Shown in pieces: positions 24,741 through 39,072 of a DNA stretch of 64,000 nucleotides. This DNA comes from Lingula anatina. Its lineage: Eukaryota > Animalia > Brachiopoda. Under the pieces are notes generated by a model. It saw only the letters and a list, made by a program, of their open reading frames with translations, did not search any database and was not told where the DNA came from. The stretch spans positions 57,948,788-58,012,787 of the forward strand of contig CM120640.1 in assembly GCA_051362555.1 (NCBI GenBank), in the 5' to 3' direction. The translations under genes were made by a program, and so were the position numbers. The number at the start of each line of letters is the position of its first letter. Position 1 is the first letter of the stretch.

Positions 24741-27700
24741 CTGAAGCTTTGAAAATCCGTTGTTCAAATTAATCGTAATTTTACAATCAAATTCTATTTA
24801 GTTTATGCAAAGATTTTTCTAATTTACTAATATATTTATTTTTTCTTTTTCCGCACCATTCTCTACCTTCCAGACGCTAGGCAGGTAAGTGATCATTATG
24901 TTTACATTAGACACCAGGGAGTGTCCGCCAGCCGGGGGCCAAAAACAATTTCCTGTTCAGCTGCTTTTGATTTGTTCAGTCCATACGTGTCCAAAAAGAT
25001 TCCACATTTAATCTGTCCTTTAATATGCATACATTGAGACAAAAACGGAGGTTAACTTCCGGGTTGTTATTCATCCATCGGCTAATCACGTCAGAATCGG
25101 TTTCGGTTATTAACAATGTGTCAATGTGTCATTGCCTGATGTGGCAGCTAGTTGGGGTCTGCCTAAAAAAGAATTACTTCAAGCAGAAAAAATAATATTT
25201 AAATTCAGGGGCAACTAGGGCTTAAACTTCGCAGCACACATGAACAGTAGTAGATCTACCACACCTGGGTCTTTTGTTTTTTGACAACTGGTCATTCGTC
25301 ATCGAAGTGCTTGTTCAAGACTACAAATTGATATCTACTAGTACTACCAGTGGTTTCATTTGTAACGTTCCCAAAATTCATGGTTTTCTGTCTGTGCTTA
25401 CATACTCTGGTTAGCCTCTGAGTCTCTAACGAGAACAATGGCTGTTTCTCACCCCTGACAATATCCTGCATGGCCATGGGAAACTAATGTGAAAGTTTTT
25501 AAAACTCTGTATGAGGCTAGTTTGGATAGACATTTTTATTAAGTGTTGTCAGAAACTTAACATTCAGGATGATGAAGTAACATCACTCCCAACCCTAGGT
25601 CTTCAACTGAAGAATAAACTGTGATGTTTGCTACTTAAATTTACATTGATATAATAAGTTTTGAAGTTATTGAAGATGATCCATCTGAGATGTTTTCAGA
25701 CATCAAATCTGTAATATTTCTGTATAATACTCTGCCAATTGTGTAGATATAGATTAAGCTCGTGATTATCTAGGCTAAATATTGCTTTATGGTATGATGC
25801 AAGTTGCAGGACTCGAGTTTTTTTTTTTTTTTTCACTACCTGCCAATAAAAGCATGGAGATATAGGTCGTGAGATTATTGAAAATAAAGTATTACATCTG
25901 ATGAATGATCTGTTCAAACTTGAGCCTGAGCAGAAATACACTATGTACCATGATTTTGTTGGCTAATGATCCTCCTAGGATGGTCAAGATGGGCATTGGC
26001 ACAAAAATGGTTATCCTCATATAAATGCAAATTAATGCCGACTGTAAACCAAATTTATTAAGATAAGTATAGACATTGGCTCAGATATTATTATCTATCC
26101 ATTAATTATATCTAGAAAAGCAAACATTTATTTTGGATTTCTTTAATGTCTGCTGTTGGCCATCTTGACTCTTACTAAGAAAATAGCTGTAAGTTTTATC
26201 CAAAAAGTCTAATGTTATTCTAATTTGGCTAAGGATATTATAAAATGTTGTACTTTTTTTTTTTTTGCCAAATATAGCATAGGATTAGTTCTAATTTTTG
26301 ATTGGGGGAAATAACCCTGCTATTTGGCTTACAGTAAAGATTCTTCATCCAAGAGTAAATATAGTGATGAGTGGTGTTATATAACTCAACAATGTTGACA
26401 TCTGGCATACTTTCATGTCCAGAATTAATCATACATTTGTGTTGCATGGAGAGTAGTTTCATATAATTAGTGTCTCAGTCAGACTATAGTCACTGTGTAC
26501 TAGTACTGAGATGACTGAGAGTAGAAACTCAAATTATGTTTCAATAATTTATTTGCCACAGTGATTTTGGTGGCTCATAACTTCCTTGTATATGTTGGAG
26601 ATGAGGATATATATATATATATAGAAATATAAGTTTGCATTCCTGTTTCAAAGTGAACAATTACTGGGATGCATAACCTTAACAATATAAAGAAACTTAA
26701 AAGGAAGGAAAATATATAGTTATTGTTCCAATGGCTAGTTATTAACTTAGTTAATGTTGTTTATGAGGGGTTTAATTCTTAGAAAATTCAAAGTTCCCAC
26801 TGTGAAAGTGATGTTTTTGTGGTTTCAGTTTGTTAACCCAGAGCAGCCAGGCTATGTGGGATTTGCCAACCTCCCCAATCAAGTTCACAGAAAGTCTGTG
26901 AAGAAGGGTTTTGAGTTTACACTCATGGTAGTAGGTGAGTAGCCAGGTTATTATGTTATTGAATTTTGGTGCACTTGTATTTGTAAAAATATATTTAAAA
27001 GTAGAACTTCTCTGAATTTTATTTACAAGCAAGTATTCATTACCTGTAGTCTACTATGTAACTACTTGATGTGGATTCACACTTGTATTGGTTTTTTAAA
27101 AGTGGTATTGATTTATTAAAAGTGTGCATAAGAACTATGTTGCACAATTTGACTCGTGTACCAATTGTATTTTAACACAAAGAAATAAGCCAGCAAAAAT
27201 ACAGACATTTATTAAATAAAATTTTGTGTTTGGGAGGCAGGTGTGTACTATTACCTTAACCCTCCTTTGGCAAAAGATGACCTATCACTGTAACATGATC
27301 TGGGTGCAGTTAGCAAGCTCTTACAATTATTGAGAAGGCCTCAACCCTATGAAATCATTAACTATTGTTGTCCAAGATCCAGAAAAAAGGGGACAAAAGC
27401 TGATGATTGCTATTTCTTGTGATGCGGTTACACAATAAACCAATCTTGTTGTCAGTTGGGGACAGCATTTACTGTTGACATATACTGTGCTCGTTACAAT
27501 GAATGGGTTCTTTTGTTGTTTCATGTAATGTAGTTTGTTGTTAGAATGGATTTATTTAAAAAGAGCAATATTATCTGCAAACATACCAGTAGATTTTGAT
27601 AGAAGATGAAGTGAGAAGATATAGATGCAAGTAGCAACAGTATTTATTCGCATTCTTAAAGCAGCCCTTTCATACTTAAGATAGAGATCTTGGTCATATC

Positions 27701-29236
27701 CTATAAATAGTAGCCTTTTTATTAGAGGATTGTGTGTAAAAGGTGTTATATCATACTTGTTATGGTAAGCGATGTATGACCATCACATAACTTAGGTCTC
27801 CCATTTACATGTGGAATCAGTTGTGCATTGAATTATTCACAGAACACAGATTCTTCTACGATTTCTCATTGTATTAAAAAATTAGATTATTTACCCTCTG
27901 CTTTAAGCAGTTAGGGCCACCGAGAATTACTTTGAAAAACTCAACTGGAGCCTTTCACAATTATTCTTAATGTTTTTACAGTAATAATCAAAAGAAAAAA
28001 AGTTAACTCATGTTTTGAATTTTATGGGGGGGGGGGGGTGGAGCATTATGTCAACTTGACTGTGAAGATGTTAAAATTTCAAATTGATCTCCAATTTACT
28101 TTAATGCAAATGTCATTGTTTACACCAGACTTCATTTATTGCAATTAGAACGTAAAAAAAACTTCTACAAAGGCTTGCACTAAATTTTTATATATAAATA
28201 TCTTTGGATATGGATTAAGGTACTAGGGTGATTTTTTTTCCTCTCGCTCATCTTGTTCACTGTTTGTTTTAGAAAAAATGTTAGCAAATGCATGCTTCTA
28301 TAAGGACTTGAAGGAAAATTTCTAAACCTCAAAGCAGATTTGAGTCATTAATAGACACATTTTTTTCTGTTTAGTCATGTCTTGTCATTTATCAGATGGG
28401 TGGCATGAAGCATTTTAAATCAATAAATCATAATCATTTAATGATTATAATTAGGTCAATTAGTATAAATCTTTCTACTTGCTAAGTTGAAGTGATTGAT
28501 GATGATTTTAATGCAACGAGATGTTAAATGGAAAACAAATTGGATTAATTGCATTTGATTCAGTTAATTATACTTCATAGTATCTTTTGTAGGAATGTTC
28601 ACAAGGAAAATCTATATATTTTAATCAAACGTGTACTTATCTTACAGGGATATCCCAATCAGTTGAATAAGTAATAAAAACTTTGCTCAGTGCGAAAAAA
28701 CATGAAATGTTTAAAAGTTGTTAGGGATTTTAGCCATAAAAAGAATATTTTCTATGACTACATTTATTCCTGTGGCCTGTTTGTCCCCTTCCTTTGTCTT
28801 AATAAGCATCCGAGTTTAACATCAGACAAAAATTATGTTAATGTTATCAGTCTAACCACATGTGATATTGACGGGTGACCTGGAAGTGGCAGGCTTTGTT
28901 TGGCATTCCTCACTGTTTTATATCAGTCTCAGACATATGGGGACAGTTAATTGGCTGTGTACTGTATGGGTCTGATATTACAAGACAAACTTGTTTTTTT
29001 CCCCTCAGACTTGAGAAATAAACATATCATTGTGGGAAAAAGGTCAATTATCTGAGATTTGTATATTTGTCGACATTAAATTTGGTTATTAAGAGAACTT
29101 TTTTGCTTAGATTTTTTTCTTTATTATTTATTTTCTGTGGTACATATCAGTTGTAGAAGAAAAACAAAGGTGTTTACATATAACCTTGTTTGACCTTCAG
29201 ATGGATGCTTTTTAACTTTATTCACTCTTTTTCTTT

Positions 29237-29282
<46 letters not shown>

Positions 29283-32200
29283 ATTTTTGGGTCCAACCGA
29301 GCCTCTTCTTTGATCTTAGGAGACTTTGTCAACTTAGATTCTGTAAATGATTGCTAAGAAATATGGCCATCTTGTCATGAAAACCGAGGCTTTGTTGGAA
29401 CAGTAGTGCTATATGTCAAAATAATATTGGTTGGTCATGACGTATGCATATGATATAGTATTTTCACATAGACCTGCATCTTGTTTATTTTTATGGATAG
29501 TAAGTACATTTCAAAGAAATGTATATGAGATCATGTGAGAAATAGTACCTGGATTATATGATCTTGGAAGGTGGTCCAAATGACTTTTGACATGGTATCT
29601 GAAATACTTGATTGCTATCTGATCCTAATGCTGTGTGTGGTTTGTGTTAGAATCTCACCAGCAGTAATATTGACACCACACTGTACAGGATGTCTAGACT
29701 GCTTTTTCCAGTCCCTGTTTTCTGTCTGTCTATTATGGATTTTACTAGTAATAGAAACAGTCCTTCACAACTTAAACTTTTCATATATATTTTAAATATA
29801 AGCATAAAATTTAAATTGCTTAACATTTTAGCAAAGGGTGTCATTACAGTGAAAAAAAAAAATACAGTTGGTATCAATTCGAATTAGAGTAACAGAATTA
29901 TCCAAAAAATATGAACTTTATACTGATGAAGTTAGAATTTGATTTGCCTTCCAGTTGCAGAGGTCAAGCCAAAATTAAAAATAAGGATGCATAATATTGA
30001 TACTTTTTGTTTGATTGTTATTTATTTATTTATTTTATTTTATTTATTTATTTTTTTTATTTATTTTATTTTATTTATTTATTTATTTATTTTTTTGTTT
30101 GTTTGTTTGTTTACAGGAGAATCTGGTCTAGGTAAATCAACCCTTGTAAACAGCCTATTCCTGACAGACCTTTACCCAGAGAGACATGTACCTGGGGCTG
30201 CAGGTGAGTATTATACATATATGAAACTAGTTAGTCTAGACATTTGTCAGGGTAGCTCAATTTTCCTTATTAAACTGTCAACAAATAAATAAATAAATGG
30301 GCCATCACCAAAATATAACTGGTTCTAAGTTACCCCATTTCTGACCTATCCTGAAAATTTTATCAAAATTCATCGTTAACTTTTCAAGTTGGGCTATTAA
30401 CTATCAAACCAACAGTGGCAAAAAACTCAACCTCCTTGGTGGAGGTAATAATTGTCAGGCAATGTTGATAGATTTATTTCTGTCTTGATAGCAAATAATA
30501 TGATGGTCAATATTTGTTCTCGGGTTAATAATCATTTTAAACATTAAAATGTGTCAAATTTGACTGTGTATCTTTTTCATAAGAAGTAAATGAAATACAT
30601 ATTTTCATGTGCAGTTATATAACAAATACAAATGTTACACTTTGAGTTGATAATAAAGTTGCAACCAATGCACAGAATTGCTTCTTTTCATGAAAATGCA
30701 CTATTGATTTCTTTTCCTCAGAGAAAATCAAGCAGACTGTGAAAATTGATGCTTCCACAGTAGAGATAGAGGAGCGGGGTGTGAAGCTCAGACTGACTGT
30801 AGTGGACACACCAGGGTTTGGGGATGCTCTGAACTGTGAAGATTGGTAAGATATTTCCCTAGTGTCAACTTCACCATATGTTAGAAACTCATTTGGGATG
30901 CCTTTAAGGTATCCTATCGGGTTTTTTTTTTTTTTTCACCAAGTCAAATTTTCAATGGAAAAAAGTGAATTTCTACAACTGAAAAATCATTGCATGGCCC
31001 ATCTCTGCATTTGGATTTGATGTTTATACCATTTTGATTAATTAATCTAGTTCTATATGCCTTCCTGTGTCTAAAGGAAACATCAAAATACTTTTATTGA
31101 AGGGGTTTTATTTTCAAGATCTGAATTGGGAAAGATAAGTAACTTTATAGGATATGTAGTCATAAAAAATATGATTTTGGGATATTTTCAGATTTATATA
31201 GTATACCTTAAAATGTTTTAGTTATGATGTAAAAATCTGTGTTTGTCACCTTTTTCTCGAAATTTTAAACCAGCTTAGAAAAAGTGTGTGACATAAAATC
31301 TAAATCAAAGGTAAATTCTATTTTGTGAATACATCTATAATTCTTTAAGATAAATCCTTGGACATATTCTATGTATATATATATATATCATTCAAATGCA
31401 TTCCACAACTATTTTATATAACCTATTTTATTTCCAGTTATAAACAAGTCATAGCATATATAGATTCACAGTTCGAAAGATACCTCCAAGATGAAATGGG
31501 ACTCAATAGGAGAAATATTGTGGACAACAGAGTTCATAGTTGTTTTTACTTCATTAACCCTGCAGGACATGGGTAAGATTTTGTGAGCACTTGTATTTAG
31601 ATTTGCTTTATCATTTTATCATTTTGCATTATTTTATACATAATGCATCAGTTTTAGCCTATTTTTGGCAAATAGTGGAAAAATTAAGTTCTGACCATTT
31701 CACATATTTCAAATGTATTGCTTGTAAGTAAATACTCAGTGGTATGTGTTATTTATTACATCTGGGGAATTACCAATGATACCATCTGACAGCTCTTTGC
31801 AAAATTCTTTCTGGTATTTTAAAAGATAAAGAATGAATGAAGAACAGAAATGGTGATAGTGTAAAAAGTAAAATTGGACCCATTGCATATAAATATAATT
31901 CACTTTTCATGTTCAGATTAAAACCTCTGGACATTGTGTTCATGAAAGCTATCCACCACAAGGTGAACATCGTGCCAGTCATTGCTAAGGCAGACACCCT
32001 AACAAGGGAGGAGGTGTTCAAACTCAAGTCCAAGGTAGAAATTGCCGACAACAGAATAATCCAAATATAAGTGAAGGGCTTAACTGTAGTTAAGATACTG
32101 AGAGGATAAATTCACTTGCATATATTTATTTGAAATATATCTCTTTTGTTACTTTCATACAATATATTACATATTTTGAAAAAATTATACACATTTCTAA

Positions 32201-35200
32201 GATACTAAATTCAGAAGTTTATTGTGGAAAGAGAGTAATTTGTATTAAAGTGCTTTTGTTAAAGTATGGAACAAAATAAACCCATGAACAAGTGCTTTTT
32301 TATTGATGCCAGATAATGGAAGAGATAGCAAAACATGGGATCAAAATATACCCACTTCCTGATTGTGATGATGATGAAGATGAAGAATACAAGGAACAGT
32401 GCAGACAGCTGAAGGTGATTTTCTCCTGAGTTTCATGGCTAGTTATACCTAAATCATTTTAATTTTGTTTTGAATCTTTTCTCTCTTGATAATGCCTTCA
32501 TCATGTAGTTTACATTTTTCTCTTGATTTTCTCTATTTTCAACTTAATTTGTTACTGTGTGAAACCTTCAGAAACAATTTGATCTTGAATCTGTATGTGC
32601 CATTCATTATATTTTTCTCTTTGCACATCAGGCAGCGGTACCTTTTGCTGTAGTAGGGTCCAACTCCATAATTGAGGTGAAAGGTCGCAAAGTCAGAGGT
32701 CGCATGTATCCATGGGGAGTGGTGGAAGTGGAAAATCCTGAACACTGTGATTTTATCAAGCTAAGGACCATGCTCATGTGAGTAGTGAAAAAATGAACGC
32801 AAAATGGTAATTTTCAAAAGTTGATTACAAATGGATTCAGGTGTTTCTGGTGTAAATGTTTGGGTTAGGTAATTGTCATAAGATGTGTATTTGAATTTAG
32901 ATGTTTGGTTATGTTAACAGTAATACTTCATACTACTGGTTGTTTCTCAACAGTTATTTTCCTGTTAAGCCCCGAAAAAGATGTAAGGTGTAAAATTTTT
33001 GTCTTTTCAAGTGCTCATATGCAAGATCTTCAAGAGGTCACACAAGAAATCCATTACGAAAACTTCAGATCTGAGAAACTGGCAACATCCAAGAGGACTA
33101 GGTGGGTGGTGTTTGTGGTACTGGTTTAAGTGGAAGATCTTAAATGTAACATATTTAAATGCATATAGCTTAAAAAATTGAAATAACAGTTATATTTTGT
33201 TAAGCAAAACTTGGTTATTCTCTTATTAATTTTTTTAAGAGTAAGTTAAATGGGATTAGTTTGTGTTTGATTTATTTTTATGCTGTGATGATTACAATAT
33301 TTATTTAAAAACATGAGTGTTACATGAGTTTTAAAATAGCTTTTTAATTGTCTAAAATAAACAGATTTCTTTTCAGCACATAAATTAAGTCAAACTGCAA
33401 AAATTGCCGTTGATTTTTAAGTGTTTTATGTTGCGGTGCAACTCTTTCCCTCATATTGAGTGATTTTTAAATCAACCCAAAATGGTTTAACACATGTAGC
33501 ATTCATACACCTTAATAATAACAGTAAAATTTAAGTGTTGTGCTTAATGCAGATTAAGTATACAGTTTGGCCTGTACCTGCTATTTAATCAAATAGTGTT
33601 GTGGTTATTTGAAGTGGTGTTAGTGGATTAGACAAAATCAATTTTGAAGTGCTTATTGTTATCATATATATCTGTTCAGTTATTTCTGTGGTGCATGAGT
33701 TGTTTGGGGTGATTCATAGATACCAAAAATAATCAAGAACATACCAAATGCATCAAAAAATTAAACTGCTTGTTTTAGTTTGACATTGTATATCAGAGAA
33801 TATTAATACCACAGCAGGTAAGAGTAATGAATCCTTTTGTGATATACAGTCCCTTTTCAATATTTCTGACTGGTAATTTCTGAGTGGTGCATGATGGGAA
33901 GTGTGTTGCTTTGTATTGTGAAGGATGTTGCAAAATGTGTAAATATATATTATATTTTACATTTGGACAAAAGTAGCATTGTTGACATGTATAATATGGT
34001 GCAATGCTGCATCAGTGCAGTGGCCGTATATTGTGCTGAATATGTTAATGGTTCTGGACGCTATTTTGTTCAATATGCTGTTATGCCTAAAAACTTTTGA
34101 TATATATGCAGATGCAAATTTGGTCTCTTGGTATTAATGATGCTTGTGTTTACAAAATGAAAACTGAAGATTGTTTTGCTTATCAGTCATTGATTGGAGT
34201 TGACTTCTGAATTACGCAAGTTTTTATCCAAAGCATGTCAGTGCATCAGAGGACTGCAAAGGCTAAAATGCCTGTGTATATGTGGCACTGATCTCTACAG
34301 GGCTATATTTGTATGTTTATGCGCTGTATTTATATTGCGTCTAAGCTCTTCCTTATCCTCTTGTTTTAAGCTATTTTGTTTGCTTTTTGATTGAAAACAA
34401 GTATTTGTCTTTTTTTAAGTCTAAGCTTGAGTCATATAGCTTGAAAGTGGCATGTTTGCTATATAAAAGTACAGAATCTGTTATTGTTTACATAAGCTAA
34501 TGATTTGTTCCACCTTTTTTCTTTTTCTTTATGCGACCCAATTTCACCTTAATTGGTAAGGACCAATGTAGTGTTTTCCCTTTAGAATTAAATTTACATG
34601 TTTCTCTATATGTGATAGACAACATCTTTTTTTACATTTCAAATATACAAAGTTCTGTTATGTTCTTTCTGTGAATTATTTAACAATTAGAATAACATTC
34701 TTTTATAAAAAGGGTGAATGTTGGTTCCTGTGTCTGGATGTAAAAAATAAGCTGTATGTCAGTATCACTATATTTAGTTTTCTAACATATTTAATGGTGT
34801 GATTTTTCAACTTGGTCAATTTTTAACATATGAGTAGTATATTTTGTGACCCTGAATATGTGTGTAACTGAATTTGTACTGAATATTTAAGTTCCACTTC
34901 ATAATAATAAGTTTTTACTTATCCAATAATTCCCTAACAATACCTGGAGTGGCTCTTGGGATGATAGGCTTCCCTTGTGCAAATTGAGTGGTTAATTTAA
35001 TTCATCACTGATTCATTTATGTACTTCTTACCCCTGGTTGCATGAAGAGGTGCTGGTTGTTTTGGGGTGTATATGAAATATAGTTTCAATCAGTTTATTT
35101 CTTTAAAAAAAAAAGAATTTTGGGAGGGCAAATAACTTGAAATGTTACAAGATATTCAGCTTATGAAAAAATACCTAAAGGAAACATTGTTTTTCCCTTT

Positions 35201-36549
35201 CCTCATTCATCCCCCTCCCATCCTCCTTCATATTTTCAGCTTTTTAATTATTTCCAAAAACAAAACTTTTCCTGAACTATGTATGCATTTTCTTTTTAAA
35301 TGGATTGCTTGTGATGCTTATTATTGTCCTGTATGTTCTGAATTATTTGAAAAAGTATAAAGTGTGAACTTTAGTGTAAAACCCACTGCTTTACCCCCCC
35401 CCCCCTTTCCTCCTGTGACTGTTGGGGTTCATACATTTCCTGCCAAAGTCAATCACATACCTGAAAATGTACAAAACTAAATCAATAAATTTTCATTTTT
35501 TGTAATGCATTAGGTAATTTTGATTAACTACTTTTCCATTAGATGCACTGGTTTGCAGTCATATTTGAGAAAAAGTATAACATTAAACTTACAAACAAGC
35601 AGATCTGAGTGCAAAAGTTCTTATAGTTTTTGTCTAACCACATGTTACAGTATTTACTAGTGTTAGAACTTACCTGTAAAACCAACAGTTTTCATGGTTT
35701 GTTGGAAAACCAGTTGCAAAGAACAAGAGCTGATGATTTCTGTTTTACCTAATTCAATTTTTAAAACCTTAGACACCACTTTAAAGTTAAGACTTATTAT
35801 TTTTTACTTTCTTTTTAACCTGAGTGTGTATAAAATGCTGACGGTCATGTAACTATTTCCAGTAAAACCTCCTCCCGCACCAGCAGAGCTGAGGGTGGTG
35901 GTGGTGGTGGAGACAAGGAGGACAAGTTGACAGAGAAGGAAAGACTGCTGCTGGAGAAGGAAATGGAGGTATATGTTATTTTGTTATTTTGTTATTTGGA
36001 TTCTAGGTCTGAAGTTTAGGTTAAACATTGAGTTTTTTCTTGTTATGCCTAGTATTTCCAACTTTTCAGCAGAATGCAAGACTTACAGCTCAGTTGCTTT
36101 TTTGAATCCAAAAAACTATTTCAAAACAAAAATTTCAGCAATTTCAAACTACATTAGTTCTTCAACATTTAAATCAGGTGAAAAGCCCTTGGCATTCTTG
36201 ACATTTTTACCTTGCAAATAATTGCAACATTCTTTTGTAGATATGCAATTAGGCTATTTCAAAAACAAAGTAAGATTTGAGACAATGCTTATTCTATCTC
36301 TTAAGCCATATAAAGCATCATTAGGTATCTGTATAAGGATATTATTATTTCTTTTACCTCTGCACCTAAGATATGCCTATAACTTTTCCTTTCTGGAGTA
36401 TTCAATAAAATTCAGAGCACTGCTATTTCTAGTTGCGTCACATGCAAGAGATGATTGCCAAAATGCAGGCAGAAATGGCAGGGGGTAAGGGAGCTGCTCC
36501 TTCACAAAATGGAAGACCAGCGCCTGGTGTCAAGTCACACAATGTCTAG
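24729..36549 (+). CDS. SEPTIN2: Septin-2-like GTPase (SEPT2 group; Drosophila Sep1-like), complete, about 383 aa
   Basis: Exons 24729-24738, 24874-24884, 26829-26934, 30117-30203, 30722-30845, 31438-31572, 31917-32034, 32313-32414, 32632-32777, 33012-33101, 35863-35968, 36433-36549 (TAG). Total 1152 nt in frame. Protein [65 protein letters not shown], with G3 DTPGFGD, G4 AKAD, septin unique element [20 protein letters not shown] and C-terminal [12 protein letters not shown]. The first two tiny exons are less certain than the rest. Confidence 0.9.
30018..30112. repeat. Imperfect (TTTA)n/(TTTG)n tract immediately upstream of a septin splice acceptor
   Basis: Read directly from the sequence. 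Confidence 0.85.
30330..30450 (+). mobile_element. Degenerate 3' end of a Helitron/HINE-like interspersed repeat
   Basis: Terminal hairpin ACCTCC-TTGGT-GGAGGT (30430-30446), preceded by ctgaaaattttatcaaaattcatc...aaaccaac, an arrangement I recall from aquatic-animal interspersed repeats. The family assignment is tentative. Confidence 0.4.
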
Positions 36550-39066
36550 AGATAACCGGGTAAGCTAGGGTATCAAATTATAATATTTTAAACTTTTAAG
36601 TTGTATAACTACAGTCAACTTTGATGTAGAGTTTGATATAAGATCTGTAGATGATAAGTTATTTTACAAACTTAACCTGGGTCCCAATTTGCTTATGTTC
36701 AATAAGTTATATTGCATACATGAACATGTACTCAATGTATGTTATATCCAAATTTAAATGTACAGATGTATATATATGTCAAATTTAAAATATACTCGTG
36801 GAATTATGGTGATGAAATTAAAAGAAAACTACTATAGTATGTATATCATTTTTTGTTTAGCTTTGATGCATATTTGTCAATCATTTCATTTTTCAGAGAT
36901 CAAGAAGAGGACACTGTACAATCATTTTAGTTTATTTGTCTTCTGGCTAAAAAATTGTTCAGAACAAATGTTTAACTCTAAACTAGCAGATTTTTACAAT
37001 ACTCAATAGAAAATTCTGCCTTCACAAGTGTACAACTTATTTAATCTGCAAAGCTGAATATGTTGCATAAAAGCTTGTAGGTGCCAGAACCAATCTCTTT
37101 TTGCATATTAAACTTATGTGAACCATGATTTGAGAAAGACACTCATATTACACATTATGCCATAGTGACTTTTACTTTGTACAGGTAAGCTTGCAGACCA
37201 GCCTTACTTTGAATTGGGTCTCACTGTGTGAATCTGAATATTTATAGGAAGCCAACTTGAAATGAAGTCTCTTTGGTTGAATATAATACTTTCATTAATG
37301 GAAGTTCCTTGTTTAAGGCTTATTTATGTTTTCCCTAGAAATGTCACATTAAGCATGCATTCCGTAAATCAGACTTGATCTGTACATGTAGATGCTGTCA
37401 AACTGAATACTGTCAAGTTTTGTAGCTAAGATAAAACACAAAACTGGAATTGGTCATAAAGACTCCAACAGTATTATTAGTTGTATACATTATTGTAGAA
37501 TTTCAGGGGTTTGAATTTCAGTAGCTTTTAGTTCTAGTCATATGTTTGCAGAAGTGTTTTACAATTGTTAGCTTAAAGTAAATAGATTACAGTAGGAATG
37601 CTTTAAACTTATTTCACAAAATGAGCAAATGCTTGAAGATAATGGCACCTTAACAATGCCTGTGAGAAAAAATTAATTTACAGTCTATATTTTGCAAAAA
37701 ATTGATTTTGTTATTAATCACTATGATTGCCATTCATACAGCTGAAGTTTTGAGCATGTAAAAGGGTGCTCATCTAGAAAGATGATTAAAGATATGTGAT
37801 TGGTTTTTTTAAAGAACTAATTTTTAGTGACACTACTAAAATGGTTAATTTTGAGAGACAGCTTATTTCGGGATGGGAAATGATTAAAAAAAAGGAAAGA
37901 AAAGTTCTATGAAGATGGAACCGTAAGGCCTCCCAGCATATCCTGGATTTGATACAACATATTTGAAAGCTGATATTGATAGCAAACTGAAGACTATAGA
38001 GGATGGATCTATCAAAGCCATGCAGTTTTGCACATCAGAACACCATGGGAAGCACAGGGGGCAAACATGCTTGTGATAGCTGATGATAGTAGATGAGGCA
38101 CTCAGAACAGCTGGCAGAAAACACTGTTGTAATAGGAAAACCTAACAATGAAGTCAACAGTGTGTACAGTGTGTAACATAATTTAGTTATTCCTTATGTG
38201 TTTAATCAGCAGAAGAGTAGAGAGTGTGTTTTGTGTGTATTGTGTGATACATAATCGTTAATAATGGGGAGACAGATGCTGATGTTTTGTCAAATGAAAT
38301 GTTGCATGTCAGGATATTACTACTTTCAGTGGTTATCCCAGTGACTAGAAGATGTACTGATTTTATGATTAGTGGACCATAGAGATTGAAAAAGACATGG
38401 GCAAGGGTATCTTATTTGATGTTCTAGTGATGAAACAATGTTTTAGGGGTCCATTCATGATGCGCATGAGATTCTTGTTCTTCTTTTGTTAGAAAGAAAA
38501 GAAACATTGCATTCATTACTGAAGTTTGCACATGAATTTATGTGAGAACATGACACCAAATATTTCCCTTTTGTATGAAATTGCCTATGTCAGTTTGTAA
38601 TTATTTCCTTTATTATAGGGTAATATTCTGTTGTCTAAGAAAGAATGGCAAAGGTGAAGAATAATGTACTACTTACAACACTTAAGAACAAAATAACTTG
38701 GTCACAACAAGAAAGTGTATCCTTTTGCAGGAAAAAGATTCCTTTCATCTCTGTAACATAATCGATTTTAGTAAGAGCACTAATGCAGTGCTAGGGTTCT
38801 AGGCATTTATGTTTATTTCCAAAATCCCTGGACAATTATTTTGCAGTGTTTAGGGTATGGACTGGGCTTCCCTAATAATGGCACAGAAAAAATGTTGACA
38901 ATGAAAGTAATTATCGAAGCTGGTGCTTTTTTGCAAACTGATATACGTAAATACCTTTATATAGGGCTTGTGAAAATATGTATGGCCTTTTACAGTTCCA
39001 GTTATTCCAACACTCAACAGCCAAGGTTGTATTATACACTATTATACAGTAGATAGAGGTTTGTCC

Positions 39067-39072
39067 AATAAA
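39067..39072 (+). terminator. Probable polyadenylation signal of the SEPT2-like gene (long 3' UTR)
   Basis: AATAAA followed by a strongly T-rich downstream tract (ttgttttctttttcttcc). Confidence 0.5.
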
